IMG/VR virus record: IMGVR_UViG_3300020220_004906
Coordinates: 1 to 64,000 of that record
Length of the DNA: 64,000 bases
Strand: one strand, 5' to 3'
From: a virus
The notes under the pieces: generated by a model
What the model was told of the DNA's origin: nothing
The model's database searches: none
Seen by the model: only the letters and a program-made list of their open reading frames with translations
In this document: one piece after another, positions 27,950-37,808 of the stretch
Position numbering within the stretch: the stretch's first letter is position 1
Layout of the letters: each line of letters begins with the position of its first letter
Made by a program: the position numbers and the translations under genes

Positions 27950-27978
27950 ATTTTAATGCCTATAAAGTATTTTGTCAA
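27950..27978 (-). promoter_or_regulatory. Sigma70-type promoter of primase (leaderless)
   Basis: TTGACA-17 nt-TAAAAT on the minus strand, 6 nt before the ATG. Confidence 0.7.
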
Positions 27979-28753
27979 TTCGTCCGGTATTACCTGTGTG
28001 ATTAGCCCAACTAAATCTAACATTTTGGTAAACACCTGTAAAATTGTAATAGGTCACACTGGACGAATTATCAAAGTTGATTGTGTTGGAATGGTCTGCT
28101 GCAGTGATATCAAAATAATCATTGTGATCAGGTATCGCCGCCATGGTTCCTTGAATTCTTAAAGAACCAGAGAATGATTTTGTGTATACCGCAATGGTGT
28201 GCAGTGCCGTGTTATTATTGATTCCGGGATTGGCGTCTATCGCTGAACTTGTTCTGCTGAGTGGTCCGCCTGTGTCAGTGAAACTTGCAATTTCTGCACT
28301 GTTTATCATGTCAGGATAAGCACCGTCCAATACTTCAACAGTGCCAGCAGCATTGTAAGAACTGTCAGCAAAGGTCACTGTCCGAGAATTATCTGCGGCT
28401 ACTTCTCTGATAGCATAATTATAAAACTTGGCATCCAGCCCCAAAAGATCGCCCTCGGTGACATTTATGCTGGCAGTTCCTTTAGATGAGAGCGTGGAGC
28501 CATCATCTAAAATATTTAAGTTTCTGGTTAAAACAGACCTTTTAGTCTCAGAATCTATCAGTACAAACTCATAAGTTTTAGCTGTGACATCTTGTGCCTT
28601 TTGATCTTCGTTCTTGAATATAAAAGTAAGCGGATTTGACACTCCTTTATACAGTTTTATGCGTCTATTGTACACAGTAGAATTCCTTCCATGATAACCA
28701 GATGTGCATACAATTACCACATTGTTTAGTAAATACCTTGCTACAGTTTGCAT
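27953..28753 (-). CDS. Hypothetical beta-rich protein, possibly virion structural
   Basis: 266 aa, Thr/Ser/Asn-rich; TAAATA upstream. Confidence 0.6.
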   Translation of the reverse strand: MQTVARYLLNNVVIVCTSGYHGRNSTVYNRRIKLYKGVSNPLTFIFKNEDQKAQDVTAKTYEFVLIDSETKRSVLTRNLNILDDGSTLSSKGTASINVTEGDLLGLDAKFYNYAIREVAADNSRTVTFADSSYNAAGTVEVLDGAYPDMINSAEIASFTDTGGPLSRTSSAIDANPGINNNTALHTIAVYTKSFSGSLRIQGTMAAIPDHNDYFDITAADHSNTINFDNSSSVTYYNFTGVYQNVRFSWANHTGNTGRIDKILYRH

Positions 28754-28786
28754 AATACATTGCTCACTGTATTTATTGAATATAAC

Positions 28787-29161
28787 ATGAATGAAATTTT
28801 TGAAACATTAAAAAATAAATTCCCGTTTTTATCCCTTATACGCAAAGGAGATTTAGAATTTGTTGGAATCATACAAAATCAAGATAATCAAGTCACAAGC
28901 TTCTATGACTATGGGCGTATAATGTTGCCAGCAGATAAAATGAAATTCTTAAAACTGGGTGAAATGTGGTGGTGGGAATCCAATAGAAAAATTCCTATCA
29001 ACATATTTTTGAAGAAAGATTTTTTGTATTTCAAACCAACGTTGGTAACTTTATCCAGCAAAGACATTAAAATAATGCATGGACCTGTGGTGAGATTAGA
29101 GGATATTTCCAAGAAAAGAGTCAAACGCCGAACTATACAGCTGATGCGCAGGCCGATTTAA
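28787..29161 (+). CDS. Hypothetical protein
   Basis: Start MNEIF; contains WWWESNR.IPINIF. Confidence 0.7.
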   Translation: MNEIFETLKNKFPFLSLIRKGDLEFVGIIQNQDNQVTSFYDYGRIMLPADKMKFLKLGEMWWWESNRKIPINIFLKKDFLYFKPTLVTLSSKDIKIMHGPVVRLEDISKKRVKRRTIQLMRRPI

Positions 29162-29185
29162 TCTTTAATTTAATTTTTTTTAAAT

Positions 29186-29407
29186 TTAATCTAAATCTTC
29201 ATAATAAAATAGGAAAGCCACTATGGCTCCCATGGCTCCCAAAACAAAGAAGAATGGCCCACAGGCCGCCGCCGCCAATTTAAGCGTTCCAAGCTGGTGC
29301 CATTTGAGATTGAATATAACTAGAGGTCCCACGCTCAATGATAAGAATAGGTAAATGAATATTGCCCATTCTGGCAGTGTCTTTAAAAATTTTTGTATAC
29401 TTTTCAT
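29186..29407 (-). CDS. Small two-TM membrane protein
   Basis: 73 aa, two hydrophobic segments. Confidence 0.6.
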   Translation of the reverse strand: MKSIQKFLKTLPEWAIFIYLFLSLSVGPLVIFNLKWHQLGTLKLAAAACGPFFFVLGAMGAIVAFLFYYEDLD

Positions 29408-29411
29408 TCAT

Positions 29412-29975
29412 CTATTTATTTTTCCTTATCAAATTCATCTGAACTACAATGGCCTGAGCATAGGCAACAGCATGAGACTTTTTAAAATAGTAGCTTTCGT
29501 CTGAAGGTTTCACCCACACTTCTTTTAATATTTCCGTCCAGTATTTGTGCATGAGATGCCGCTTGGCAGGTCTGATTATTGCCAACACCGCCGCCAGCTG
29601 TTCAATATTTTTTGGTTCCAATTTATATACTATATCGAAATGGCCATTGATATGGAACAATTGATCCACAATTGTTTTATCTTTTAACATGTCCCAGTCT
29701 GGTTCTTCCAGCATCAACTCAACTAATTCCTGTTCTGTTTTCACGCCTTCATAGAGATTAACGTTTAGCAGATCTATTTTAAAATAACCACGATCTTCTG
29801 CTCTTTTAAAATCAAAACTGCACGAGCCCAACATTGGGTCCACAGGCACTTCATGAAAGTACACGCCTGTCTTGTGTTTTTCTATCTCCTCGTCTTTGAT
29901 TATGGATGCTGGCACATGTTTAAACAATTTGAGTGCGTGTTCTCTATTGGCAAAATCTATGTCTACGTCTGGCAT
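29412..29975 (-). CDS. Minimal DnaE (Pol III alpha) catalytic-core fragment
   Basis: Begins MPDVDIDF; H.TGVY, KIDLL, LAIIRP, FKKSHAVAY; only 187 aa. Confidence 0.85.
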   Translation of the reverse strand: MPDVDIDFANREHALKLFKHVPASIIKDEEIEKHKTGVYFHEVPVDPMLGSCSFDFKRAEDRGYFKIDLLNVNLYEGVKTEQELVELMLEEPDWDMLKDKTIVDQLFHINGHFDIVYKLEPKNIEQLAAVLAIIRPAKRHLMHKYWTEILKEVWVKPSDESYYFKKSHAVAYAQAIVVQMNLIRKNK

Positions 29976-30199
29976 CAGTTATATTTCCTCCTGTTGTTTT
30001 CTTTTCTTATCAAACTACCCTTTTCCTTATCGATAAATTCTAACACATCCAAAGTCAATTTATAACCCTTGCTCTCCTGGGCGGGGTTGCTTACTTCGGG
30101 CAGTATCACCTGTCCTATTGAACCATCTTCTTTTATTACTATGATGCAATCTCCCACTGCCACATCTATGCTTTCATCGATGACAATTTTATCACTCAA
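29975..30199 (-). CDS. Hypothetical protein
   Basis: Probable TTG start at 30199 with GGAGG RBS. Confidence 0.55.
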   Translation of the reverse strand: MSDKIVIDESIDVAVGDCIIVIKEDGSIGQVILPEVSNPAQESKGYKLTLDVLEFIDKEKGSLIRKENNRRKYN

Positions 30200-30878
30200 T
30201 TTTGGCCTCCCGAGCTGTTTCCTGCACAAAGATCGCATCCGCAGGAGATGATTTAAATTTGTTTGACCAATACTCAGGGTTGATAAACCTTTGTATCATT
30301 TGTAATTGTTCATCCGAGAGAGTTTGTAGCATTTTTTTCCCAGCGCTGCAACCAAGTATCAACCACGGAGACAACTTGCCGTTTTGTATATGTTGCACAG
30401 CCCGCGGAGTGTTGACCAAACGGAAATAATCTGCCCATTGTACATGTTGTTCCTCTGCCCAATCCATCATGGTTTGTATTGATCTAGTAAGGGCTGCTTC
30501 CACTGGTTCTGACTTTAACATGTCTATGAGATATGCTTCATAGAGATCGTCTCTTGCCCAATGATCTAATTTTATTCTTGATTTGATTATGTAATCGATA
30601 TACTTTTCAGGATACAGGGGACTCACATGCATGATGTATCTGCCAAATTTCACAAAAGCATTGTAGTAGGCGCTCTTGCAAAAATCTTCATAGGATTTTG
30701 GTTTGCCATTGTTCTGATGTATCTCATAGAATCTCTGGAACACCATCAGAGCGTTCTGCACCCACTTCTCATTTTTTTGCAGATGTCGACGTTTGGGTTC
30801 ACACACATGCACCTGCAGAGTTCTCTCTTTCGTGAAACTCTTGCCGCAAAATGTACAGGTGTTAAGATTGCTTTCCAT
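30192..30878 (-). CDS. Hypothetical protein with N-terminal C2HC/C2H2-type zinc finger
   Basis: CTFCGKSF...L..HVC. Confidence 0.7.
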   Translation of the reverse strand: MESNLNTCTFCGKSFTKERTLQVHVCEPKRRHLQKNEKWVQNALMVFQRFYEIHQNNGKPKSYEDFCKSAYYNAFVKFGRYIMHVSPLYPEKYIDYIIKSRIKLDHWARDDLYEAYLIDMLKSEPVEAALTRSIQTMMDWAEEQHVQWADYFRLVNTPRAVQHIQNGKLSPWLILGCSAGKKMLQTLSDEQLQMIQRFINPEYWSNKFKSSPADAIFVQETAREAKIE

Positions 30879-31308
30879 GATCTTCTAGCAGTTGTTCTAG
30901 TTCGCCGTCGGTGATGATCTTATCCAGCGCTTCGAGGTCTAGCATTTTGGTGTTAGGATAGATGTCCATCAGAGTTTGTAGTGATTTATTTACATTCTTC
31001 TTCATGGGTTTGATCCATGGATGGAACTGTTGTTTCAGCCCCCCGCACATGGCAGTCAAAAGCCAACATAATTTTTTATGTTTGCCGCTCAATTCAAAAA
31101 GATTTTTATTAACACATTCGTTGATCATTTCCACGTAGTGCTCTTGATAAAATCTATCCCCGGACACTGCGGAGGCATACCTCATAGTCATGTAAGGACT
31201 GTATAATGATCTCTCATGTTCATCGATACGATCATAGTAATCCTTGTTACGAAAGTCTATGGCTTTCATGCTGTTTCTTAATTCAAAAAATTTTTTCTTT
31301 TCACTCAT
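30862..31308 (-). CDS. Probable clamp-loader small subunit (T4 gp62-like)
   Basis: YSPYMTMRY, N...N, H.KL.W.L, F.PWIK pattern; size and replication context fit. Confidence 0.6.
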   Translation of the reverse strand: MSEKKKFFELRNSMKAIDFRNKDYYDRIDEHERSLYSPYMTMRYASAVSGDRFYQEHYVEMINECVNKNLFELSGKHKKLCWLLTAMCGGLKQQFHPWIKPMKKNVNKSLQTLMDIYPNTKMLDLEALDKIITDGELEQLLEDHGKQS

Positions 31309-31543
31309 CTTCGCTCCATGTTAGTGCAAATATTGATGCATGTTTAGGATTTTTAAAAGTGATCTCAATGTTCTTACCTCGCAACTGATAACCCTGTATG
31401 CTTAATTTTTTCTTTCGAGCATGATCTATTATCCAATCGATGTAGTGCCTGTTCATCAGCACGGGTGTTTCTCTGTCTTGGTCATCCGGAATCATCATCA
31501 CCGGAGCCTCCATGCTAACCACGTTGTCTCTTTTTTTTACCAT
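31301..31543 (-). CDS. Hypothetical protein
   Basis: 80 aa; overlaps both neighbours. Confidence 0.6.
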   Translation of the reverse strand: MVKKRDNVVSMEAPVMMIPDDQDRETPVLMNRHYIDWIIDHARKKKLSIQGYQLRGKNIEITFKNPKHASIFALTWSEDE

Positions 31544-32040
31544 ACCGATGCGTATTCTAAAAATTCTGATTGTCTGGATATATCCTTAACAAAATAAGCA
31601 CAGGGTGGATTATCCGCATCTGTTAAAGGAACCGCAAGTATCTGTCCTGATTTGATCTTGGGGAAATACCATTTAACTTCTTGATAAATGTCCACAATAT
31701 CAATTTCTGCAAATTCTGGCCTCGATCCAGTAATTGGATTGTATATAAATGCGGAAAATCCTCGATCATTGAGACTGGTTATCGGTAAGACATGTAATTC
31801 TCCCTGTTCTGCGTCTCCTATGATCATCTTCCAATCTAAAGGCATTTGTATTTTATATTTTCCTACCTGTAACACCGCCGCGGGAGCATTGAATGATTCC
31901 AAGAATATCAGAGGTATGAAGAAGTAATCTGGATCAGCAGGATTGGAATTGTCCAGAACCGCAAATCTCAATTTGTCATCCACATACTCGGGTATCTTTT
32001 CTAATACGTATGTTTTATTTTCCAGTGTAAGGATTTTCAT
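31537..32040 (-). CDS. Hypothetical protein (possibly Hint-like beta fold)
   Basis: 167 aa, beta-rich; coupled to the helicase stop. Confidence 0.65.
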   Translation of the reverse strand: MKILTLENKTYVLEKIPEYVDDKLRFAVLDNSNPADPDYFFIPLIFLESFNAPAAVLQVGKYKIQMPLDWKMIIGDAEQGELHVLPITSLNDRGFSAFIYNPITGSRPEFAEIDIVDIYQEVKWYFPKIKSGQILAVPLTDADNPPCAYFVKDISRQSEFLEYASVW

Positions 32041-33484
32041 AATCTATCTTTTCTATATTATACGGGTAATTGGCCTCTTTGTAAAACTTTTTCCTTTGCC
32101 CAAGATGTCTTTTTGCAAATTTGCAACTGGAAGTGATATCCCATATGTTCACATGATCCTTATCCTCTGCTTTTCTTATACCCCTACCAATGCTTTGTAT
32201 TACACGCACGAAACTTTTACCAGGCTCTATTAATACCAAATTAAAGATCCTGGGTATGTTTATGCCCACGGAGGCCACGCCATAGGTAGCGATAATGACC
32301 TTGCGTTGCGAGATTGAGACTTCGTCGTAGTGTTCCTTTCGCTCCATATTCTTTGTGGAACCAGATATAAACACGCTGTCTGGTATCTTGCTTTCTAACA
32401 ACTCACCAGCAGATATCCTGTCCACAAGGATCATCGTGTTGCCTGTAGTTGAAATATTTTCTATAGTTTTTGCAATCCACGACATCCGAGTTTCATCAGT
32501 GGTTAGCCATTTCAATTCTTCTTGATAATTTTTGAATTCTGGATGATCCTGAGTCTGCAACACATTGACGTGGCATAGCGCCAGCACGCCTTTGTCTTGT
32601 AATTCTTTGGCTGCTATCTTATGGGCTACATCACCTATGCTGCATCTCAATCCATAAAATTCATAGTCCGCCTTGGGCACTGTGCCCGTGAGTCCCCAAC
32701 GTATACCACACTTAGCAAAAGGTCCTGTCAGCATTCTTTTCAACACATCTGCCTTGGCCATGTGAACTTCGTCCACTATTACGGTGTTGATATTATCTAT
32801 TGCTTCTAGGAATGCGGTGGTTTCATCATCGCGGCTTTTCTTCTCTAAAACGTTCAGTGATTGCCAAGTTGCGATCGTATTCTGCCTTCCTAATTCTTTC
32901 CTGTCGCCGTAATACACCCCAACATCTAGATTGCACGCTAAAAAATCATCCTCAGTCTGTGTGACTAGACTTTTGTTGGGAACGATTGTGAGAGTTCTCC
33001 CATAGTTCTCAACCAGTTTGCACAGAGCTGCCGTGATGATGGTCTTACCCGCTCCGGTGGCGATCTCCTGTATACATTGAGGATTCTTAAGGAACTTGTT
33101 TATGGTTTCCACCTGATAGTCCCTCAACACTATTGATTGCCCCGCACAGGGATGATTCTTTGGCCATTTGATATCGGATAGATAGTTTTGATCTATCAAT
33201 TTAAATTCAAAGTTGTGTGGGGTTCTTTGATCTTCCAATTCCACATACACACCGGCACCTTCCAATACTGGCAATATCTCTCCCACCAATGCTAGATAGG
33301 TATTGCCGCCCAATCCAAAGAAACTTACCTTGCCATCCCATCTGCCCAGTTTCACTGCAGGTAGATGTCGAGCATATGGTATCTCAAATTTGAATTTGTT
33401 GCTGAGATGCTTTCTATGTTCTAGAGAAAGATTTTCAAATTTGACATTTACCTCGTCTCGAATTATCAGTTTGCATGAGCTCAT
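32015..33484 (-). CDS. uvsW: SF2 DNA helicase (UvsW-like)
   Basis: LRDYQ, ATGAGKT, DEVH, GLTGT, GINIP, QSIGRGIR. Confidence 0.88.
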   Translation of the reverse strand: MSSCKLIIRDEVNVKFENLSLEHRKHLSNKFKFEIPYARHLPAVKLGRWDGKVSFFGLGGNTYLALVGEILPVLEGAGVYVELEDQRTPHNFEFKLIDQNYLSDIKWPKNHPCAGQSIVLRDYQVETINKFLKNPQCIQEIATGAGKTIITAALCKLVENYGRTLTIVPNKSLVTQTEDDFLACNLDVGVYYGDRKELGRQNTIATWQSLNVLEKKSRDDETTAFLEAIDNINTVIVDEVHMAKADVLKRMLTGPFAKCGIRWGLTGTVPKADYEFYGLRCSIGDVAHKIAAKELQDKGVLALCHVNVLQTQDHPEFKNYQEELKWLTTDETRMSWIAKTIENISTTGNTMILVDRISAGELLESKIPDSVFISGSTKNMERKEHYDEVSISQRKVIIATYGVASVGINIPRIFNLVLIEPGKSFVRVIQSIGRGIRKAEDKDHVNIWDITSSCKFAKRHLGQRKKFYKEANYPYNIEKIDYENPYTGK

Positions 33485-34815
33485 ACAGATTGTATTTTGT
33501 CAGATGGTTTCTGACTCATATAATACAATCTTTTCGGCAAATTTTCAACCAGCTTGTCCAGAGTGTTGGTGCTCATGGCCCACATGGGAGTGTCCTGCAG
33601 CATGAATGCTATCTTGGGTTTGATTCCAGATCTCAATAGTGCTCTTGGTATTTTATTTCTAACAAATATGATTTTGGTCCGCGGGGAGATCCTTTTATTG
33701 CTGACGCTCAATGCATGCAAGGTTTTCCATTGATCATATATTAGCTTACGCTCTTCCATGGATGTTTCTGCTCCATAGATAAAATCCGCGTTAGGAAACT
33801 GGTCGACCTCTGGATCTGGATCCAGAGACATGGGTTGATTGAGCTCGAAACCAAACGTTATCTCGTCCTTGGCAATACCCGCTGACTCAAATTCCTGCAG
33901 CCACTGGTACACTGGCGTTATTTCATTCTTCACATCAAGTTCTCCGCTGAACGGACAGATTGCTGGAAGATCTCCTAACTCGATGATGGCTTGTAGTAAG
34001 GTTTTTTTATCATAAACTTTTCTGTCCACAAACAAATTAGTATCAGATGCATAGGCTATTTTTTCTGCTAGGCTTTTTGCAGGTGCAGAATTATTTCTTG
34101 TGCAAGAAACACGGATATGTTTCAATTGATCTCGCTGTTGAAGATACGACAGCGATTGGCAGTTTTGTTGCCAATAATCTGCAAGTGAGTTGGGAGCATT
34201 GATCAGTTTTATCGAGTCATACTCGATGTCAACAATGATAGGTAGATACTTTTTCTTTTCTTGTTTTATTTCTTCATAGTCAGTTAAAATTTTAAGGTTC
34301 AATATCTTGAAATCATATCTCACCGCTATCAGCGTGACATAGTAGGCCACAGTGTCGGTGTAATTCATTGTCCATTTTTTTGTCTCCCCATCATACAACA
34401 TAGGAACTAATTCTTGTGTCTTCTTTTTCAGACATCTTATCAATGCAATTAATTTCTCGTTGTAAGGAAATCTTATTTCTATAACTTCTCTGCCGTCTTC
34501 CGCATGCAATATGTCTATACTTTTTTCAAAATTTATTATCCTGAAGGGCTGGTCGTATCTTGGATTTTTAATAAGCTCGTCAACATCGAAATCAAATTTT
34601 TCTAACAGAGTTTTATATCTCTTTAAGAACAGCATGGCCAGTGTACCCTGCTTCTCTGTCCAGGCGTATGGAGCGTCAGCCAGACTTTGAATGGTTTTGA
34701 AATCTTTGTCATGCACACCAGAACTTTGCCATGCTCCTCCTGTATTGTAAGCCAGTATTCTTATAGCGGCTTCCATGGATTCCAGCTGGCGTCGTGTTGT
34801 GTTTGTGTTTGACAT
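33481..34815 (-). CDS. Hypothetical protein
   Basis: Start MSNTN (34815), after a TTGACT-16-TATACT promoter on the minus strand. Confidence 0.7.
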   Translation of the reverse strand: MSNTNTTRRQLESMEAAIRILAYNTGGAWQSSGVHDKDFKTIQSLADAPYAWTEKQGTLAMLFLKRYKTLLEKFDFDVDELIKNPRYDQPFRIINFEKSIDILHAEDGREVIEIRFPYNEKLIALIRCLKKKTQELVPMLYDGETKKWTMNYTDTVAYYVTLIAVRYDFKILNLKILTDYEEIKQEKKKYLPIIVDIEYDSIKLINAPNSLADYWQQNCQSLSYLQQRDQLKHIRVSCTRNNSAPAKSLAEKIAYASDTNLFVDRKVYDKKTLLQAIIELGDLPAICPFSGELDVKNEITPVYQWLQEFESAGIAKDEITFGFELNQPMSLDPDPEVDQFPNADFIYGAETSMEERKLIYDQWKTLHALSVSNKRISPRTKIIFVRNKIPRALLRSGIKPKIAFMLQDTPMWAMSTNTLDKLVENLPKRLYYMSQKPSDKIQSV

Positions 34816-34870
34816 TTTTGGATAATTAAGTATAACATATAAGGTAATAAAGTCAATTGATCTGCCAATT

Positions 34871-35275
34871 ATGAGAAGAAAAAAAGCATTGAAATTGAGG
34901 CACAAGATAGTGAAAGAGACCCTTGATCACAAAGGACCGTATCTTACGAATAGACGTGCCATACATCGCTGGTTTCGTTACATCAATCGAGCAGTCTTTA
35001 ACAACCAGTTACCCAATTTCGACAAGATCATAATCAAGAAATGGTTGAAACAGGCCATGGGGCAGGTGTGCGCCTATCCAGATAAAAATCCTACAAGATT
35101 TGAATTAGAGATGGTACGCAAGTATCAGACAAAGAAAGATTTTATAGAAACACTTGCACACGAGATGATACATCTATACCAATTTGCATTGAAGAAGGAC
35201 ACCGGAAATCACAACAGCATTTTCTACAGCTTCCGTCCTAGATTTAAATTTATCGGCTTAGGACTTTCTCTGTAA
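34871..35275 (+). CDS. SprT-like zinc metalloprotease domain protein
   Basis: N...F...LP, ETLAHEMIH (HExxH), downstream H...F. Confidence 0.8.
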   Translation: MRRKKALKLRHKIVKETLDHKGPYLTNRRAIHRWFRYINRAVFNNQLPNFDKIIIKKWLKQAMGQVCAYPDKNPTRFELEMVRKYQTKKDFIETLAHEMIHLYQFALKKDTGNHNSIFYSFRPRFKFIGLGLSL

Positions 35276-36002
35276 ATTCAGCGTAGGTCATAAGTTTTGT
35301 ATTCTTTAAGTCGATACCTGTTTGTAAATGATGCAATGGTTCTGTTGGATTATCGTGTACCACAGTAAATTGACAATATGGTCTCTGTTTAATACAAATT
35401 CTAAATTGAGTCAGCCATCCCTCATGCAAAGTGTCGCTGTCGCGAGGACCATAGTGTTCCGTGTTTTGATAGATGTTGTTCAATTGCCCCTTGCCATATT
35501 CTTTGAAATCAAATCCTATCAAATATATATTTTTATGTCCATGCACACAGGCTGTCCAGATGGCGGCGGAACCAGATACCCAATGAGGATTATTTGGAAT
35601 CAAGTTTAGTTTCTTTTTACTTTTAGTGTATTCTAAAGCCGGAGCATAACACACGCATTTTTCATAAATTTTTTCATCTACTATGGTTTGGGAAATAAAT
35701 CTATCCACCATGAATAGATAATCGGGAATAAAATCTCTGTAGAGAGCATTACATCCATATATTTGGCCAGAATCTCTGAGAAGATTGAGATCGAATCCTT
35801 TTCTGGAGGGGCCGTTGCCGATAATGTAGGCATTGCCTCGAGGCCGTGCCTTAACTACATCCTCAACATATTCCGTTTCGTGGGTTTTCTTGCCCCCTTT
35901 GATTGACACTTTGGTTATGATAGTTTCGCCTTTGTAAGGGGTCCACTCGATAGCAGTCACGGTGTGTAAGTCTTTGTGTCGTATGATTGATTGAACAGGC
36001 AT
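35250..36002 (-). CDS. Putative glycosyltransferase (MAF/DUF115/sialyltransferase-like Rossmann domain)
   Basis: IIGNGPSR, YGCNALYR, PDYL..VD, SG..A, IYLIGFD. Confidence 0.6.
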   Translation of the reverse strand: MPVQSIIRHKDLHTVTAIEWTPYKGETIITKVSIKGGKKTHETEYVEDVVKARPRGNAYIIGNGPSRKGFDLNLLRDSGQIYGCNALYRDFIPDYLFMVDRFISQTIVDEKIYEKCVCYAPALEYTKSKKKLNLIPNNPHWVSGSAAIWTACVHGHKNIYLIGFDFKEYGKGQLNNIYQNTEHYGPRDSDTLHEGWLTQFRICIKQRPYCQFTVVHDNPTEPLHHLQTGIDLKNTKLMTYAEFTEKVLSR

Positions 36003-36875
36003 CTATTTTATGTATCTTTCTGCAAGTCTCTGCCGTATTCTAGACCATGGCAATCCATCTCTGATTTCCTGTACTGTCCATTCCGTATAAGAAAGTTTGT
36101 GCGCCCAACCTAGTCTATTAGGCATTGCCGGTTTTTCTAAATCAAAAAGATTTGCATTGCCCACTTCATAACACAAACTTGATTCACTCACAAAAACTGG
36201 TATACCATTAATTACAGATTCTATGGCTGGATTGCTGGAATGATTCACAACCGCCCAAGTCGATTTGAGTGTTTTTTTAAAATCAGTATCATCATATGTG
36301 GTCCAATCCCTTTCAGGTTTTTTAATTTTCACGTTAATATATTTTTTCCCGTCAAAATCAAAGCTGTTTCTAGGATGTGGTCTAACCAGTATGGGTTTTT
36401 GACTGTATTTTCTGATTTCTTTTATCTGCTGTTCTATCCAGTGAGACATACGTGGATTTTTTTGCCATTGCTGACTAGTGTCGTGTTGTCCGCATATTAC
36501 TATTACATTTCCTGTTTGCTTCCACGGTTTCATTTCTATATTGAATAGTGGCCATCTTTTGTTATCAAATATCTGATTCGCAAAATCAGCATCTCTGTTG
36601 ATACCATTGATGCCCATCTTCCAAGTCGTGTTTCTCTTTAGGCCGCCCACCTCCATTACTACCACTGGTTTATTTTTTGCTTTGTATTTTTCCCATATTT
36701 GTCTATTGCTGGCCATCCTTCCTAACCATAACACAGACCAAATCACAGCAACGTCACAATCTCTATCTTCATTGATGTATATGTTTTCTCCTTTTGCTCT
36801 GAGGTGTTCTATTAGCGCGGCGAACACGGGTTTACTGTTGAGACTGCCATTGTCTGGAAATAATGCTATTTTCAT
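36003..36875 (-). CDS. Capsule-biosynthesis (KpsS-like, GT-B) putative glycosyltransferase
   Basis: GQ..TS, ILVRPHP, VVNHSSNPAIES..NGIPVF, R..W...L.Y.EW...EI..G.PW. Confidence 0.6.
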   Translation of the reverse strand: MKIALFPDNGSLNSKPVFAALIEHLRAKGENIYINEDRDCDVAVIWSVLWLGRMASNRQIWEKYKAKNKPVVVMEVGGLKRNTTWKMGINGINRDADFANQIFDNKRWPLFNIEMKPWKQTGNVIVICGQHDTSQQWQKNPRMSHWIEQQIKEIRKYSQKPILVRPHPRNSFDFDGKKYINVKIKKPERDWTTYDDTDFKKTLKSTWAVVNHSSNPAIESVINGIPVFVSESSLCYEVGNANLFDLEKPAMPNRLGWAHKLSYTEWTVQEIRDGLPWSRIRQRLAERYIK

Positions 36876-37780
36876 TTTAATGACGTTGGTACTTTCTTCC
36901 AATAATCTATTTCCCACACATTTGCAGGAGCATTCTTCATTGGTGGTCTTAAATCATTTTTAGAGCTGCTGCCTAATTTTTTTCTCTTGCCTTTCATGTG
37001 ATCCATGTATAATCCCAATTCGCTGTTCACGAACACGTGATGTCCCTTGACATTTTTATCATAGCCTATGTCATTTACTTCTATATTATATTTTTTTTGG
37101 AAATATTTTACAAGATGCCAAAATAAAAAACTATCATGCCATTCTAATAATTTGAAAACTTCATCTGTGATAAACAAATTTTCCCATTCTTTGGCAAATT
37201 CTTGTACATGGGCGTGCCTTAGATTGTAGCCAACGAAACCGCACTCTGGATATTTGCCCCCATCATTTAGAGAAAATCTTTCTCTGCCGAGATATGTAAC
37301 CATAGTATTGCTGGGTAAAAGTTTCATTAGAAACTCTAATGGCATGGATCTAAAAGTAAATGTGTCAGCATCGATCCATATTACATAATCATATTGTCTG
37401 GAATTACGTATGGCATTGATCACGCAGAAAACTTTATTACTGAATCTCACAGCGTCCCAAAGAAAGGAACCCTTATTTTTGTCCAATCCCCCCTTTTGTT
37501 GCAGACAAGCGGGCCTCCTGACTCCTCCCGGTATCTCCTGTAGCTCACCACAAGCCACTGGATCGTTCCTGTGTCGATTTTTAAATTTCAACAACTCCGG
37601 TTCGGCAGCGTTGAGATCAATCCATGTGATCCTGGGATGGTCGTACTTGGGTTTGGGCTCTTCGAGATAGACCACAAGGTCAACTTCTGCAGGCCATTGT
37701 TCGGCAATGCTCTTGATACCTCTGCCGGAATAGAGATCCCATGTGCCTGGTTTGTAAGAAGTGATTACTTTGATTTTCAT
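36872..37780 (-). CDS. GT-A nucleotide-diphospho-sugar transferase
   Basis: RFSNKV, WIDAD (DxD), ECGFVGY, WHDS, DH.KG.RK. Confidence 0.7.
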   Translation of the reverse strand: MKIKVITSYKPGTWDLYSGRGIKSIAEQWPAEVDLVVYLEEPKPKYDHPRITWIDLNAAEPELLKFKNRHRNDPVACGELQEIPGGVRRPACLQQKGGLDKNKGSFLWDAVRFSNKVFCVINAIRNSRQYDYVIWIDADTFTFRSMPLEFLMKLLPSNTMVTYLGRERFSLNDGGKYPECGFVGYNLRHAHVQEFAKEWENLFITDEVFKLLEWHDSFLFWHLVKYFQKKYNIEVNDIGYDKNVKGHHVFVNSELGLYMDHMKGKRKKLGSSSKNDLRPPMKNAPANVWEIDYWKKVPTSLK

Positions 37781-37808
37781 GTTAAATATATTATATTTAA
37801 TTGATACC

